Below, piece after piece: positions 36,500 to 48,900 of a DNA stretch of 60,000 bases. Positions within the stretch are counted from its first letter, which is position 1; each line of letters starts with the position of its first letter. Origin of the DNA: Lytechinus pictus (lineage: Eukaryota); the NCBI RefSeq assembly GCF_037042905.1, contig NC_087245.1, forward strand, positions 21,950,001 through 22,010,000. Reading direction: 5' to 3'. Position numbers and translations under genes: made by a program. Below the pieces are notes generated by a model, which did no database searches, was not told the DNA's origin, and saw nothing but the letters and a program-made list of their open reading frames with translations.

Positions 36500-36954
36500 T
36501 ATATGGCGGGGATTCCCAATAATATACATAATCATTATATTTCTCCCAGGGCGGAATGGAATAGGCCTACTCATTAGATAAACCCGACCCTGAAATTGCA
36601 GCTCTAAACCAGATAACAATAGGTTATCCTTGCTGGCAGGTGTGTTTCTAGCCGAATTTTTTTTTTTCTTGTTTTTTTTTTTTTTTGGGGGGGGGTGCTT
36701 CTGTGGGAGCTTGAGAAATTTTCGACGTTGATTTATTCAATACAATGAAAATGAATTATTGTGGGTAGCCTTATACTGCCCAAGTAGCTATCCCCCCCCC
36801 CCCCCCTCCACCCTATTAAAAGTATATGCGAGGGAGCGAAGCGACCGAGTGAAAAAAAATCAAAATGCTTCAGAATTATTCATCTATAACATGCATTAGG
36901 GCCTCGTGGATGTGTAGATGAGAGCATTTAAAGATAAGGGGGTATAAGACTGGT

Positions 36955-37560
36955 TATCATCACATCACATCAGGTACGGAAATGAAGGACTTCTCCTGTA
37001 GGTTTTCCGGTCTTTACTTCTGGTAATTGACGATTATCTAGATAGTTTAAACTTGTGAGACTTTACGTGCGTTGAGAAATGGAGGTTTTGAATCTTTCCC
37101 CCCACCAAAATTTATCCAACAGATGTTTAAACATTTCCACTGATTTAGCTTCCACTACTTCTGTAGGCAGTTTGTTCCAGTCAGAAATTACTCTTTGACT
37201 GAAAAAAATACTCCTAGGTTCCAGCCGAGATCGTCCTGTGAAAAGCTTGAACTTGTGACCTCTAGTTGCTGAATGGATCGCTGGTGTGAAGAATGTGTCA
37301 CTCGATATCCCAAACTTTCCATTTAACAGTTTGTAAACAGTAATCATTTCTCCTCTTCGTATTCTATAAAACAGCGAGTGAAGGTCTAGTCTCTCTAGGC
37401 GTTGCTCATACGTTAAGCTCTGGAGACCAGGAATCATGCGAGTAGCTCTCCTTTGCACCTTCTCTACTTTTTCTGCATCCATTTTGAATCTCACATGCCA
37501 TAAAATGTGCCCATATTCCAGATGAGGTCGAACCAGAGATACAAACAATAGGAAATGGGT
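36955..37560 (-). mobile_element. 5'-truncated CR1-type LINE (ORF2 C-terminus + 3' UTR)
   Basis: LVRPHLEY, EKVQRRATRMIPGL, TRGHKFKL, FFSQRVISDWNKLP; tail (tgatg)n at 36958-36972. Confidence 0.9.
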
Positions 37561-38071
37561 TTGTGTTGTTACTCTCACAATGCATTTCTTTTTAAGAGCG
37601 ATATTCTCAAGAGACTTAGAACTTGAATGTATAATAAAACATGGCAGGAGATGGGGTTTTCATGACAATGCCACGATACGAGGGAATGTGGCGACAGGGA
37701 GAAAATCTTTGCATTTGTAGCACTTTATGAACTTCCAAATAACATCTGCAAAATCGTTAAATTTCTGAATGAGATACTCAACATGCATATAGGCTGCAAA
37801 AGAATACGACCTATTGATCAATGCCCTAGCTGCATAACACAAAATTCTACACTAGAGTATTGCAGAGTATAGAGTCAAATCATTTTCCATGCTGCTTCTA
37901 TCATGGGGAGGGGGGCAGGGGGCGATCGCCATGGAAATATTGGGGATGTGGCAGGACTTGCCCTGCCCAATTGACAAAATGAAAAATGTATGAATCCATT
38001 ACAAAAATGTGTTTGAAAAACATCTGAAGGTGCTATAAAACCATCAAACTTGACATAACATTAGTATGTTA

Positions 38072-38161
38072 TTCAGGGCCCGCTGGTAGATTAGTTTTCC
38101 AACTGAAGTGGCTACCCTGGGTAAATAAAACGTTATCATTATTATTATTATTATTATTATT
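38072..38161 (+). mobile_element. SINE/LINE 3' tail fragment with (ATT)n
   Basis: cagggccc...gaagtggctaccctgggtaaata matches the tail of the SINE at 44728-45000. Confidence 0.7.
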
Positions 38162-38327
38162 AAAATACTATTAAACATGCTTATAAAATAGAAAAAATTT
38201 CGGTGCGCTTTAAGTGCAAAGTTCTGCATCATAATTTGGCGCGAAAATTTTGGTCACTATCTTTACCCCCTCTCGCCATCCGAAAAATAAATCGACACTC
38301 CTGATTCTAAGCTATATGTTTAAAAAA

Positions 38328-38462
38328 AAGTAGCCTCAATCAGGGACTATATAGCGACAGAGCCATTTTCTAAAAAAAAATTCTAAACTATATGTTTTAA
38401 AAAAAAGTAGCCTCAATTAGGGACTATATAGCGACAGAGCCATTTTCTAAAAAAAAAAAAAA
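38328..38462. repeat. Tandem duplication of ~58 bp
   Basis: aaaagtagcctcaatYagggactatatagcgacagagccattttct twice. Confidence 0.9.
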
Positions 38463-39856
38463 ACATATCCTAATAGGTGAAGTATATAGGGAGGTCAATT
38501 TGAAAAAAAAACAGTTGCAAGGCAGTCTACTATATTGCAGGCGATCATTGACTTCCTGTTATCGCACTTTCAGATTTTATTTTGTAAGGGAGCATTTGTG
38601 ACCGAGTGAAAAAAAAAATCGAATTTGAATAATAAAAACTTAGATTTTGGAGCTCTTGACGACATGAATGGAATAATGCATTAAATATATACACGCATAT
38701 ATGGCCTACATAATATATCCATGTTTTTTCTTTGTGGTAAAAAATGACGGGGGGAGCTTCAGTCACCAAAGCCTCCTCCCCCCCCCCCCCCGGCCTAAAA
38801 CAGCGCCAGCCTGCTGGAAAGAACTGAAAAGAACACAGTGTCACACAGTGTGATCACAGTGTTCACTTAGTGGACCATGTGAAAATATTACTCACACTGT
38901 GAATAATGCTTAAATGCTTAAATTCAACAGCGTGAAGATATTTTCGCACTGTGGACACCTCGACAGCCTGACTTTTCACATAGTCTTATGTGAATATGTG
39001 ATTCCCACTGTTGAAATGATTAAATTTAACAGTGTGAAGGGGATTTCACATTGTGTTCTACACAGTGAAACACTGTGGCACACACTGGGACATCGTGTTG
39101 TATGAATAAATAAATGTTTTTTTTAATAGTTTAGGTCACTGAACATTGTAGCTACTGAGCCGTGCATGACAAATTTCTCAACAGACAAACTATTGAAATA
39201 TTTAGAGTGCTTTTGACTAAATTAGACATCGGATTAAGACGGTGTTTAGATTCTATTTTACACCAGCATTTCTGTTGCTCTTACCCAACAGGATGAGGGG
39301 CGAAAGTACAATAAAATAACTAAAAATTTCGGCGCACAATGACTAGGTTAATTGAATGTTTTCAATTAAACCGTTGAACTTGTCTGAAAATACTATCAAC
39401 AGTATTTTTATGCCAAGATTAACGTTTTTATAGTGCTTTCCAATGTATTTTAAAACATATTTTTGCATTAATTGCATATTAGATTTTCAAGTAGACTAAA
39501 TTATCGGGGTGGCAGTTCGATATGTTTGCCCCCCCCCCCCCCCCGAATATGTTCAGGGTGTGTGCACGGCAATATTTCACGTGTCGTTGGCTTTCTCGTA
39601 GAAGCATTGCTTGCATGAATTGATTCTAAAAAATGTTCTTGAGAGAGCTGGAACATCAAGCATGATCAATCGCGGATCGAGCGAGAACGTTTTTTAATTT
39701 GAAAAGTAAAAGTTTTCATTTGGGAACGAGACATCAGTGGGTTATTGCAAATCTACTCCCTTACCGGTGTTACGGCACATTTGGTACATTTTAATAGCTA
39801 AATGTATAGGACATTCACATTTTAGATAATAGCCCTAGTGACCTTATCTCTATGGG

Positions 39857-40026
39857 GTGTGTGTGTGTGTATTTGAGTTTTTTGTCAGACGTGTATCAAT
39901 CAGATATGATTATTTACGTCTGGGACCGACATTTAACGTCACCATCCGAAAGACGTGACCAAGGCTCGAACCTCTGCATCAACTTCCCCACAGCTTGGAT
40001 TACAGGCGCACGCCACAACGCCCAGG
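39857..40026 (-). mobile_element. SINE with 7SL/Alu-domain-like head, Deu/Nin-like core and (CA)n tail
   Basis: Minus strand CTGGGCGTTGTGGCGTGCGCCTGTAATCCAAGCTGTGGGGAAGTTGATGCAGAGGTTCGAGCC, then GTCTTTCGGATGGTGACGTTAAATGTCGGTCCC, ending ACACACACAC. Confidence 0.72.
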
Positions 40027-40327
40027 GAAAATCCCCTAAATTGGCCTTAGGGTCAGGTGCTTCAGATTATTTTTCCAGCATGCATAGTTGTTTTTATTTT
40101 ATTTTCTTTTTTATATAATTCATCAAATGTATGAACTAAAGAATAGCTTTTGCTGGTTTTACTTCTGCTCTCTCTATATCAATGATCCATAATAAAAAAA
40201 GCACAAAGAATAATAATATTTTTATAATTATTTTTAAACGCTGTTTCGATTTACAATGGAGACTAACTAACCAACCTCGGCTCATCGCGTATCGCATCTC
40301 TGGCACGGCACCTGGCCAACCAACGTC

Positions 40328-40453
40328 ATGCCGAATCAAGGACCACGTAAGCGAAAAGAAAAGGATAAGGACAAATTAAAAGATGATGGCAAGAATATGG
40401 CAAAATCGAAGCAAACGACTGGTTTTTGGGCTGGAAATGATACCATGGAAACA
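40328..40453 (+). CDS. Alpha/beta-hydrolase-fold membrane protein, exon 1
   Basis: MPNQGPRKRKEK...MET; donor ACA|GTAAGT; 126 nt, phase 0. Confidence 0.65.
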
Positions 40454-41149
40454 GTAAGTATTGTGGTCTGTGGAGTACCCGACACCAGTCATTTTCTTGG
40501 CCGGTATCGGTAAATACAGTCCGACATATGCGTAATCATGTCATGTTTTGATAATCATACTCTCTCTCTCTCTCTGTGTTAGGCCTACATTTGTATTTTT
40601 CTTATGGCTTATGCCTAGTAATAGTATTATTGCCATTTATATCAATTGTTATATTTCTTCTATGTCCCCAGGAGGGGCCGCCAAAGAAATAAAGTCATTG
40701 TCAATCATTGTCAGTAGATCTAGACAGCTGGCAGCTGTCTGTTTCGAGGAGTTTTTTAACATTTTTAATTTCTCCTTGTAGTAGGTACACAGACGGCTAT
40801 ATCTATCTATAAATTGTTCTTCAAATGGGCATTTTGTAACATTTTGAAACTCATCAGCTTTCCATTGATACCCTAGAGTAGACCTAGGCCTAGTATTTGT
40901 ACCATTTGCGCCACGCATGACCGAATTAGGAATTGATGTTAAACAAAGTCTAAAGACAACAGGTGCAGGTACCTCTTTTTCCAAGTTTTGGTAATGTGAG
41001 TAAAATGTGCGATTGATATAATAAATTGTTTTTCAAAGTAATTTTTGGAATGAAGTATCAAGCCAGGCTTACATTACTGTGAAATGATTATTGAAAGGTT
41101 GATGTCTTAATTCACCTGCACCTTCAACAATCCTCCGCTTTTTTGGGCT

Positions 41150-41887
41150 TTGCACACAAAACTGGCACCGTGGCTTGGAGTTGGATTTAAGGATATCTTG
41201 GACAGTTTGTCTTACCATTGCCGGATCATTGCACAAAGAGCATCCACCTCTTGTCGAATTTGGCCCTGCAAATCATCAAGATCTTGGGGAGGAGTTGCAA
41301 ACACTTTGTTTTTCAAGTGCCCCCAAACAAAATAATCACAGGGCATGATGAGGTCAGGGGATCTTGGTGGCCATTGTACGTCATGGTTGAGGGCAACAAC
41401 TTGATGTCGATCCAAAGAGTTCTCTAAGTGAGTAAGTCTATCTCGAACAACGTTGGAAGGATGGACAGGAGTGCTGTCCTGAATCCACCAAAGATGCAGG
41501 TACACTCCTCGAACCTGTCTCTCAAAATGTTGTTCTAATGTGGTACAATCTCCTCATTAATCATTTGCAAGTAGGCCTACATTCGCCCATTTACACTCCT
41601 TTGGAAGAAAAAAGGTCCAATCAAAAGATTTTTGCCAGCTCAGAGTATCGTAAAGTACTTACATCAGCATCTACCCTTTCATCAAGTTTTCAAAAACTTG
41701 GAAAAAGTGATATCTGCACCTGTTGTCTTCAACATCAATTAATTCTGTCATGCGTGGCACAAATAGGGTATAAATGGAAAGCTGATGGGTTACTCTGTCA
41801 CATCCATACAGAATAATTTCACAAAATTAAATATGATTTGAATATCAGCCCTCTAGATTTGGATTACTTTTTTTCTGAAATGCACTG
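41150..41887 (-). pseudogene. Degraded Tc1/mariner-superfamily transposase with one TIR
   Basis: WIQD..PVH, WPPRSPDL.PCDYFVWGHLKNKVF; terminus TA|cagtgcatttcagaaaaaa on the minus strand at 41887. Confidence 0.85.
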
Positions 41888-41924
41888 TAGTATAGGCCAC
41901 TCCTTTCATGAACAAGGTTATGAT

Positions 41925-42466
41925 CCCGGGGGGGGCACTCGACCAAAAAAGTGGTAGGGGTGTGCCGCGGGCGAGGCAAAAAACGGGGGCCTTGGAGCGG
42001 GCTTATTGTAAAAAGGAGGGTCCTCGGAACGGGCTTCGGAACTACAAATGTTTGTGAAAACGGGGGTCCTCGGAACGGATCTCCGTATCTCTGTGAGTGC
42101 GTATGCATCCCTATGGAACGGGCAATCGTGCATGACGCAGCTAGCGCGGCCTCCACCGGGTGCGCTCGCGCTTAGGCGATGGTCGAAAAGCGCTCTACGG
42201 CCGCTTTTCACCAAAATTGCAGCTCCTTGTAGCAGATCAATGCGACCGGAACGGCGTAACGAAAAATATGCGAAGCTTTGAAACGGATTTCTTTCTTCTT
42301 TTTTCTCGATAAGAAGGAAATGCTATGCCTTGGAGCGGCTTTCTTTGTTCTTTTTCTCAAAAAGACAAAAATGCTATGCCTTGGAACGGATATTTGAGTG
42401 TAAAAATGGGGGTCCCCTCCGCGGCACATACCCACTATGCATTATATACTGAGTGCCCCCCCCGGG
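41925..42466. mobile_element. MITE with cccgggG(n)cactc TIRs, copy 2
   Basis: Homologous to 16901-17418; exact 8-bp duplication gttatgat. Confidence 0.9.
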
Positions 42467-42928
42467 GTTATGATATGTCATAGGCCTACATATTTATTTT
42501 TTTTTTTTTTAAACAGTGTTGTCAGTTAGTATTGCAATATTTTAAAGAGCCATTCCACACTGAGTTTTAAGTAACGTTAGACTCTAAAAGTAAGTTTTTT
42601 TATAAAATTAAAAAATGAATCATGATGCGCTGACTGCTGTGATATGACCTGTGTTTTCATGGATTTTTTTGCTGTCCACGATACCCCTGCCACCCCTCTT
42701 CCTGACCCTGCCAATACAAGTCGATCTAATGCATCTGTAATTTTGTCTGAAGGAGCGCAGCAATGGACATCTCTACTTTGATCAATGAATAGGCTAAGCT
42801 TAGTCCTTCAACTTGTTGCCTTAGTTGGAGTAAAGTAAAGTAGACCGATGTAAGTCTATTTCATAGCCTTTAACCACTCTACCATGAGCAGTTTATGGCA
42901 GTAAGATGTAGAAATCACATTATATTAA

Positions 42929-43090
42929 TGGCGCAGTCACATTCCCCCTATGGCAGCCGTATGACGAGTCGAAAACAGCCGTTTTAACATTATATGTACC
43001 AGCTACATATAGGTGGTTTGAATGAAAATTAATAAAACAACTGTTTTCGACTCGCTGTATGGCTGCCGGAGGGGAAATGTGACTGCAGCA
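42929..43090. mobile_element. Palindromic Harbinger-like MITE (TAA flanks)
   Basis: gcagtcacattcccc...gagtcgaaaacag / ctgttttcgactc...ggggaaatgtgactgc. Confidence 0.78.
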
Positions 43091-43130
43091 TAAACTGAAC
43101 ATAATGACTACCTGTTCATCCCATTAACAG

Positions 43131-43311
43131 GAAATTGATTCAAGAGGTAGTAGACCTCAGAATGAACCATCTGGTGAAAGACGGTCTCTTCTGAGAGATT
43201 GTTTCTGTCGCTGTCTACATTCATTGAAGTGGGTCGTGTTCTTACTAGTCCTACCAGCGATTCTTAACCATGCATCTCTATACAAGGAAGCAGAATACCT
43301 GAGACCAAAAG
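43131..43311 (+). CDS. Alpha/beta-hydrolase gene, exon 2 (TM anchor WVVFLLVLPAIL)
   Basis: TTAACAG acceptor, G|GTGAGA donor; 181 nt, phase 0 to 1. Confidence 0.8.
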
Positions 43312-43397
43312 GTGAGAAATTGATGACGGACATTTCATGAATTGTCTTGACAGTGATTTTCACTGACAACTATTATTATATGCTACCTAATGGACAT

Positions 43398-43622
43398 TTC
43401 GTCGCCTTCCCGCACAAAGGCCGTTAGCGCGCACTGCTCGTCGCCTTCCTGCACAAAGGCTGTAATTGCGCACAACACGTCGCCTTCCCGCGGAAGGGAC
43501 GTTATGGTGCAGTGAACAGTACGCGCTAACGACTTTTGTGCAGGAAGACGACACGCAGTCCGCTAACTCCCCTTTCACGGGAAAGCGACGCGCTAACGGC
43601 ATTTGTGCAGGAAGGCGACGAT
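43398..43622. repeat. Foldback repeat of cgtcgccttccYgcacaaa units
   Basis: Three direct units, then inverted tttgtgcaggaaggcgacg units. Confidence 0.75.
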
Positions 43623-43654
43623 TTGAATAAAAAGAGGAAAATCCAACAAGCATA

Positions 43655-44178
43655 ACACTGAAATTTCATCAAAATCGGATATAAAATAAGAAAGTTATGA
43701 CATTTTTAAATTTTGCTTAATTTCACAAAACAGTTATATGCACATCCTGGTTGGTATGCAAATGAGGAGACTGATGATGTTATCCACTCACTATTTCTTT
43801 TGTATTTTATTTTATGGAATATTCAAATTTTCTCATTGTCATGTGAAACAACAATTAATTCCTCCCTGAACATGTGAAATTAGCATTGTTTAATACTACA
43901 TGGTTCAGTCAAGTTGGTCCTTATTGTCAAATCTGTGAAATAATTAGATATTTTTTAATTCAAACAATAAACAACAAAAGAAATAGTGAGGGACATCATC
44001 GACTGGCCTATTTGCATGTCACTGAGTTGTGCATATCACTGTTTTGTGAAACTCTAAAATTTCATAACTTTCTTATTTTACATTTACATTCGATTTTGAT
44101 GAAATTTTCAGCGTTATGCTAGTTTGATTTTTCTCTATAGATATTCAAATCAAAATTTTTCTGTTGTGGACTTGACCT
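43655..44178. mobile_element. Kolobok-like MITE relative, left-truncated
   Basis: aaatttcatcaaaatcgg / cgattttgatgaaatttt; ends gacct|ttaa. Confidence 0.7.
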
Positions 44179-44433
44179 TTAAGTCGTTCATATGTTTTGT
44201 CTGAAATTCAATTAGTCATATCAAATAAACAAGAACAACATGAAACACTTATTGGGTATTAAAATGTAAGGAAGGATGGGACAGCATGTCATAAAACCTC
44301 TTGACATTGATTTGCGCATTACAATGTTATTGCATGTGGTTGGCTGTGAACAATGATTTCATAATTTGAAAAATTGATATTAACTTACAAGGGCTCTATT
44401 CTAACCTTTCTTTGATCTTTCTTTTGGTTCTAG

Positions 44434-44505
44434 GTGAATTATTATCTGTAGGCTTAGAAGATCACAAAATGTTCATCACATGTTCAGGGGAAGGAGAACC
44501 CACAG
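44434..44505 (+). CDS. Alpha/beta-hydrolase gene, exon 3 (GELLSVG...MFITCSGEGEPT)
   Basis: AG/GT bounded, 72 nt, phase 1 to 1. Confidence 0.88.
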
Positions 44506-44727
44506 GTAAGAGAATTGTTTAGTGAGCTATAAGGGTTGTTTTACAATCAGGGTATACCTATCTGTCGCAATGGCCTAATAAAAAAAAGTTTCCTTGTTGA
44601 CCATAGTAGATTGCGAGACAAATGAATACCCTCTAGCGATTATTTCATTCCGCAATAATGAACCTATTTAGTATTTTAAAAAAAGTTGTTTTGTTTTTCT
44701 TGATATTTTATATTTTTTATGTGTTAT

Positions 44728-45000
44728 GTGTCGTGGTCTAGTGGTTGTAACTCTTGTCTTTCATTGTGAGGGACGTTGGTTCAATTCCTAGCCATGGCGT
44801 GTTTTTCTTCAGCAAGAAATTTACCCACACTGTGCTGCACTTAAGTACCCGGTAGGAAGAAATTCCTTGAATGCTTGAGCGCCTAGGTAGCCAAGCTAAA
44901 GGTGGGGTAATGATAATATTAGCAGGGCCTGGGAGAACAGTTTTCAGAATTGAAGTGGCTAACCTGGGTAAATATACGGTTATTATTATTATTATTATTA
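44728..45000 (+). mobile_element. tRNA-derived SINE, CORE-like middle, (ATT)n tail
   Basis: A box tggtctagtgg, B box ggttcaattcc, cttcagcaagaaatttaccc core. Confidence 0.8.
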
Positions 45001-45159
45001 CAAACCGGTGAAATTTTATTTCTTTTAAAATTGTAAGGCATTAGGTCACCCACTTACTGTTTTATAATAATTAAAGTTGCTTATATAACTCTTACACTTA
45101 CTTTATCAGAAGTCCCTAAACACTCTACAGTAATTGAGCATAAATGTAATAGATGAAAA

Positions 45160-45412
45160 AATCCATATTTTATTGTTCGAAATAGACATGAAATGAAATA
45201 CTCTCAAAATTTGCTTTGCTCAATTGATCGTGGGCACGGCAGCCGCTGTGCAGTGCCAGATCGATGAGGCTCTATCCCTTTAATCGTTGAACGGCAAACA
45301 GGGTAGCAGCAACTCCAATATTTTAACGTATTTTGGTCTGATGCAGCCGGGGTTTGAACCTCGACCTCCCGGTTGTGAGACGGACGCTCTACCAACTGAG
45401 CCAACACATCGG
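45160..45412 (-). mobile_element. tRNA-derived SINE with Meta-domain-like core
   Basis: Minus strand tggctcagttggtagagcg...ggttcaaacccc, then accaaaatacgttaaaatattggagttgctgctaccctg. Confidence 0.75.
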
Positions 45413-45802
45413 TAATAGGGTCTTTTAGTTACGTGTTCTGTAACTTGGTTAATTTTTTTTTGGACAGAAGCTGTGTTCACAACATTGGAAAGTGGACTGC
45501 TTGAAAAATAAGTGGATGTAGCATGTGGGGCAAAGTAAACATATTTGTTAAATATTGCTTTTAGTGAAAAAAACCTTATTAATCAAGTCTGTGTAATAAT
45601 GAATAAGACTAATGCTATTGAATTAGCACAAGGATTTACACTGCAGCTAGGAACTGGTCAGATCTTGAAACATAAATGTATCTGTGGTCTAAAATTGACC
45701 TATCAGTTGCAAACTTACAATTGAAATTGATAATTGTAAGTATTTATTCGTCCATAAATGGAAATTTGTCTTGTTTAAATATATGCCGTGCAAAAACCAA
45801 AT

Positions 45803-46080
45803 AAAATAATAATAATAGTAGGCATTTGTATGGCACCATTTATCTAGAAACAATCTATTCGGATGTGCATTGTTATTATTATTGTTACCCCGGCTCTAGC
45901 TCGAGCTGCCTTTTAGCACTCGTGCATTCAAGGAATTAATCCTGCCGGGTACCCATTCGCCTCACCTGGGTCGGGAGTGTAGCTCAGTGTGGAAAATTTT
46001 TGTACTGAATGAAAACATGCCATGGATAGGATACGAACCCACTACCCTCTGTTCGAAAGGCGAGAGTCAGAACCACTAGA
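45803..46080 (-). mobile_element. tRNA-derived CORE-like SINE, alternative tail
   Basis: Minus strand tctagtggttctgactctcgcctttc...gggttcgtatcc...gacccaggtgaggcgaatgggtacccggcagg; (ATT)n end. Confidence 0.78.
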
Positions 46081-46376
46081 ACATCAAATTATATAAAATT
46101 GTAAACATATAACAATACATTCTACATTTACGCAATGATAATAAACATATGATTACTTATATACAGTCATTTGCAAATGAACCTCCTGCATGACCCTACA
46201 CTGATGTACCAATTTTGATCAAATGCCAAGGAGGTGACAGTTCTTTCTGATTTTCCTCATAACACATTCCATGAATTCTGCTAATCTAAGGTGTTGATTG
46301 ATGATATTGCAAATAGAAACTCATCAAGTGCTGGCACTATGCTTATAATTATATTAGTCTCAATTTTGTTTCATAG

Positions 46377-46453
46377 TGATTCTAGATGCCCCTACTGGTA
46401 TGTCATCAGATGTTTGGTGTCTGGTCCAGCCAAGAATAGCAAAGTTTACACGA
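46377..46453 (+). CDS. Alpha/beta-hydrolase gene, exon 4 (VILDAPTGMSSDVW...FTR)
   Basis: AG/GT bounded, 77 nt, phase 1 to 0. Confidence 0.88.
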
Positions 46454-46824
46454 GTAAGTAAATGTCGTTTAAATTATGTGAATACCTGAAAGGGGAATAA
46501 CAGCAGTCTGTGTTACTGTCTACTAGGAGGTATGCATGTCCTTGAAAAAAATCCACAAGAACAGTGGTTAAGATCTGAGTAATTGAATCATAGTTTATGA
46601 TAAAATATCACATGAATACTTCCAGAGTCAGACTATGTTACTACTATCTTATGATTTATTATTGATGTCCATGCCCTACCAAAGGACATTAGCTGCTGGT
46701 CTACTTATGATTTGAACCTCAGATCTTGTTAAAATACCAGTGCTTCATCAATGTATCTGTTCATCCTACCCTTAATCCTATTCGTAATTCATCTATTCTC
46801 TTGTTTTATTTGATTGATTTTCAG

Positions 46825-46878
46825 GTTTGTTCATATGATAGAACTGCATTGGGATTTAGCTCTCCATACCCGTATCAG
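46825..46878 (+). CDS. Alpha/beta-hydrolase gene, exon 5 (VCSYDRTALGFS)
   Basis: Resembles the family YDRxGxGxS motif; 54 nt, phase 0 to 0. Confidence 0.88.
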
Positions 46879-47329
46879 GTTGGTTACGTATCAATCAATT
46901 AATCAATTTTAAAGGGAACTCCTTCCTGATGTCAGGTTGGGATGTGCCATCATGTGTATTCTGTGGTAGTAATGTGATATGAAAATGGCCCAGGATTTTC
47001 AACTGAGGTGATTTAGAATTGAAGTGTATGTAGGGTTAAAAGTAACTGTTTTCATTTGATTCAATTTGACCCTTTTCAGCAACATTAATCCAGAAAGGAA
47101 TCCGCTATATATTGTGTTTACCTCGACAAGTTTCATTATTTTCATATTCATCCAATTTACGCGCCCCTTTCAGGTGCCCAAAACTGACTCCTTGTTAATT
47201 GTATTATAAATTTCAATTGATTATCTGAAAAATGTTAGTGATGACTCCATTTTTCCAAGAGATATTTTGGTTGAAGATATATTCCTTGTAAAAAAACGAC
47301 AGTGTGTTGATTGAAGTATTGCTTTTCAG

Positions 47330-47415
47330 TTTCCAGAAAATGATGATACTCCTGGTCCCATATCAAGCAAAATGGCAAGCAGGATTACCAAAGGACAAGA
47401 AAGTACAACAGAGAG
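47330..47415 (+). CDS. Alpha/beta-hydrolase gene, exon 6
   Basis: TTTTCAG acceptor, AG|GTAAAA donor; 86 nt, phase 0 to 2. Confidence 0.78.
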
Positions 47416-47447
47416 GTAAAACAATGAGGGGGGATGTCAGGAGGATG

Positions 47448-47755
47448 TAAGAAGAAGGAGAAGGGGAGAAGAAGAAGGAAAGAAAAAGGAGGAGGAGAAG
47501 AAAAAGATGGTAGAGAAGAAGGAAGAAAAGAAGGAGAAGAAGAAGGGAGAGAAGAAGAAAGAAGATAAAGGAGGAGAAAAAAGGAGAGGAAGAAGGTAGA
47601 GAAGAAGAAGGAGGAGGAAAAGAAGGAGAAGGGAGAGAAGAAGAACAAGGAGGAGGAGAAAAAGAAGGAAAAAAGGAGGAGGAGAAGAAGATGGTAGAGA
47701 AGAAGAAGAAGGAGGAGAAGAGGAAGGAAGAAGGAGTGGAAGCAGAGGAGGAACT
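47448..47755. repeat. Purine-rich (GAA/GGA)n low-complexity tract
   Basis: Direct reading; lies in intron 6. Confidence 0.92.
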
Positions 47756-48035
47756 GAGTACACTTGCATTCAACAAATATCAATATGGTTAATGGGGACG
47801 GGATGAGGCAGATGCATCAACAATCAGTTACAGAATACAAATACATTACAGGGAGAATGTATGGTGTTTGGACATTTTTAATCAACTTTAATCGATCTTG
47901 ACAAGTACTTATCACATGGTACATGCGTGTAATGATGATGTAATAATTTATTTCGGTTACGATTGTTGTTGGTATTATGTAAATACATCAAGTATACATG
48001 TATCCTATAAACACCTTCAATATTTTCTTATACAG

Positions 48036-48158
48036 GATGGTGGATGACCTACACTCCTTGCTTCACATCAACTATACATACACCAAGCCGCCATTTATTA
48101 TTGTGGGGTCAGAATTAGGAGCCACAAATGCCATGTTTTATGCACAGATGTTTGAAAA
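48036..48158 (+). CDS. Alpha/beta-hydrolase gene, exon 7 (MVDDLHSLL...PFIIVGSELGA)
   Basis: Nucleophile-elbow region; 123 nt, phase 2 to 2. Confidence 0.9.
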
Positions 48159-48900
48159 GTAAGATCATTTCTACATGCTGTGACAAATGGGTGTTTTACT
48201 GGCATAATTTAAATGGATAATAATGGGATATTCATTTTTTTTTTGGGGGGGTCAAGTGTCAACCAGGCAAGGTGCTCAATGCACTTCAACTTGACTGAAT
48301 ATCAACTCATGTCCTGTTGTATGAGGACATACAATCAACAGCATGATCGATGCAAATAGTAGATCTAAATTCATACCATATAATAAAGAGTTAGTGTTGA
48401 TCATCACATTCAATATTCATTGGGAAAATTGAAGTTCAGTGCTGGTGTTGGTGTTTTGAGTTACATGCCTAATCTAGCCCAACACATCATGTGGGTTTGG
48501 TGTTGATGTCGGTGTTAGTGACAGTATTAATAAGACTGCATAACCTAGCTCCAACAAATCATGTGGGTTTGGTCTTTGTGTTAACAGTATTAGTAAGGTT
48601 GCCTGACCTGACTCCAACACCTAGAGAGGGTGTACAAAACTCATGCCAATTAGAACCAACACCTAGTGATGTCAGTCCCAGCACCAACCTTATTCCAAGT
48701 TGGTGCTGTGTATAGTTCAAAACGGAGTCAAACACCAACAGCTGTCAACACCCAAATTGATTTAAATGCTGTTCTGTAACAGGGTGAAATATGTATTAGG
48801 TTGAATTTTCTAGTGCTGACCGAATTCAAAGAATTCCATTCAGTTTTAATACCTTTCTAAGGAACCATGGTACCACTGGGTCTTGGGCCAAAAACCCTCT

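Noticed and set aside
39960..40026. Human Alu contamination or a true 7SL gene
   Set aside because: Similarity covers only the 5' ~60 nt; no S domain, no Alu dimer or poly(A); contiguous with host-type sequence
47363..47783. Ser/Phe/Leu-rich ORFs
   Set aside because: Translations of an intronic (GAA/GGA)n tract
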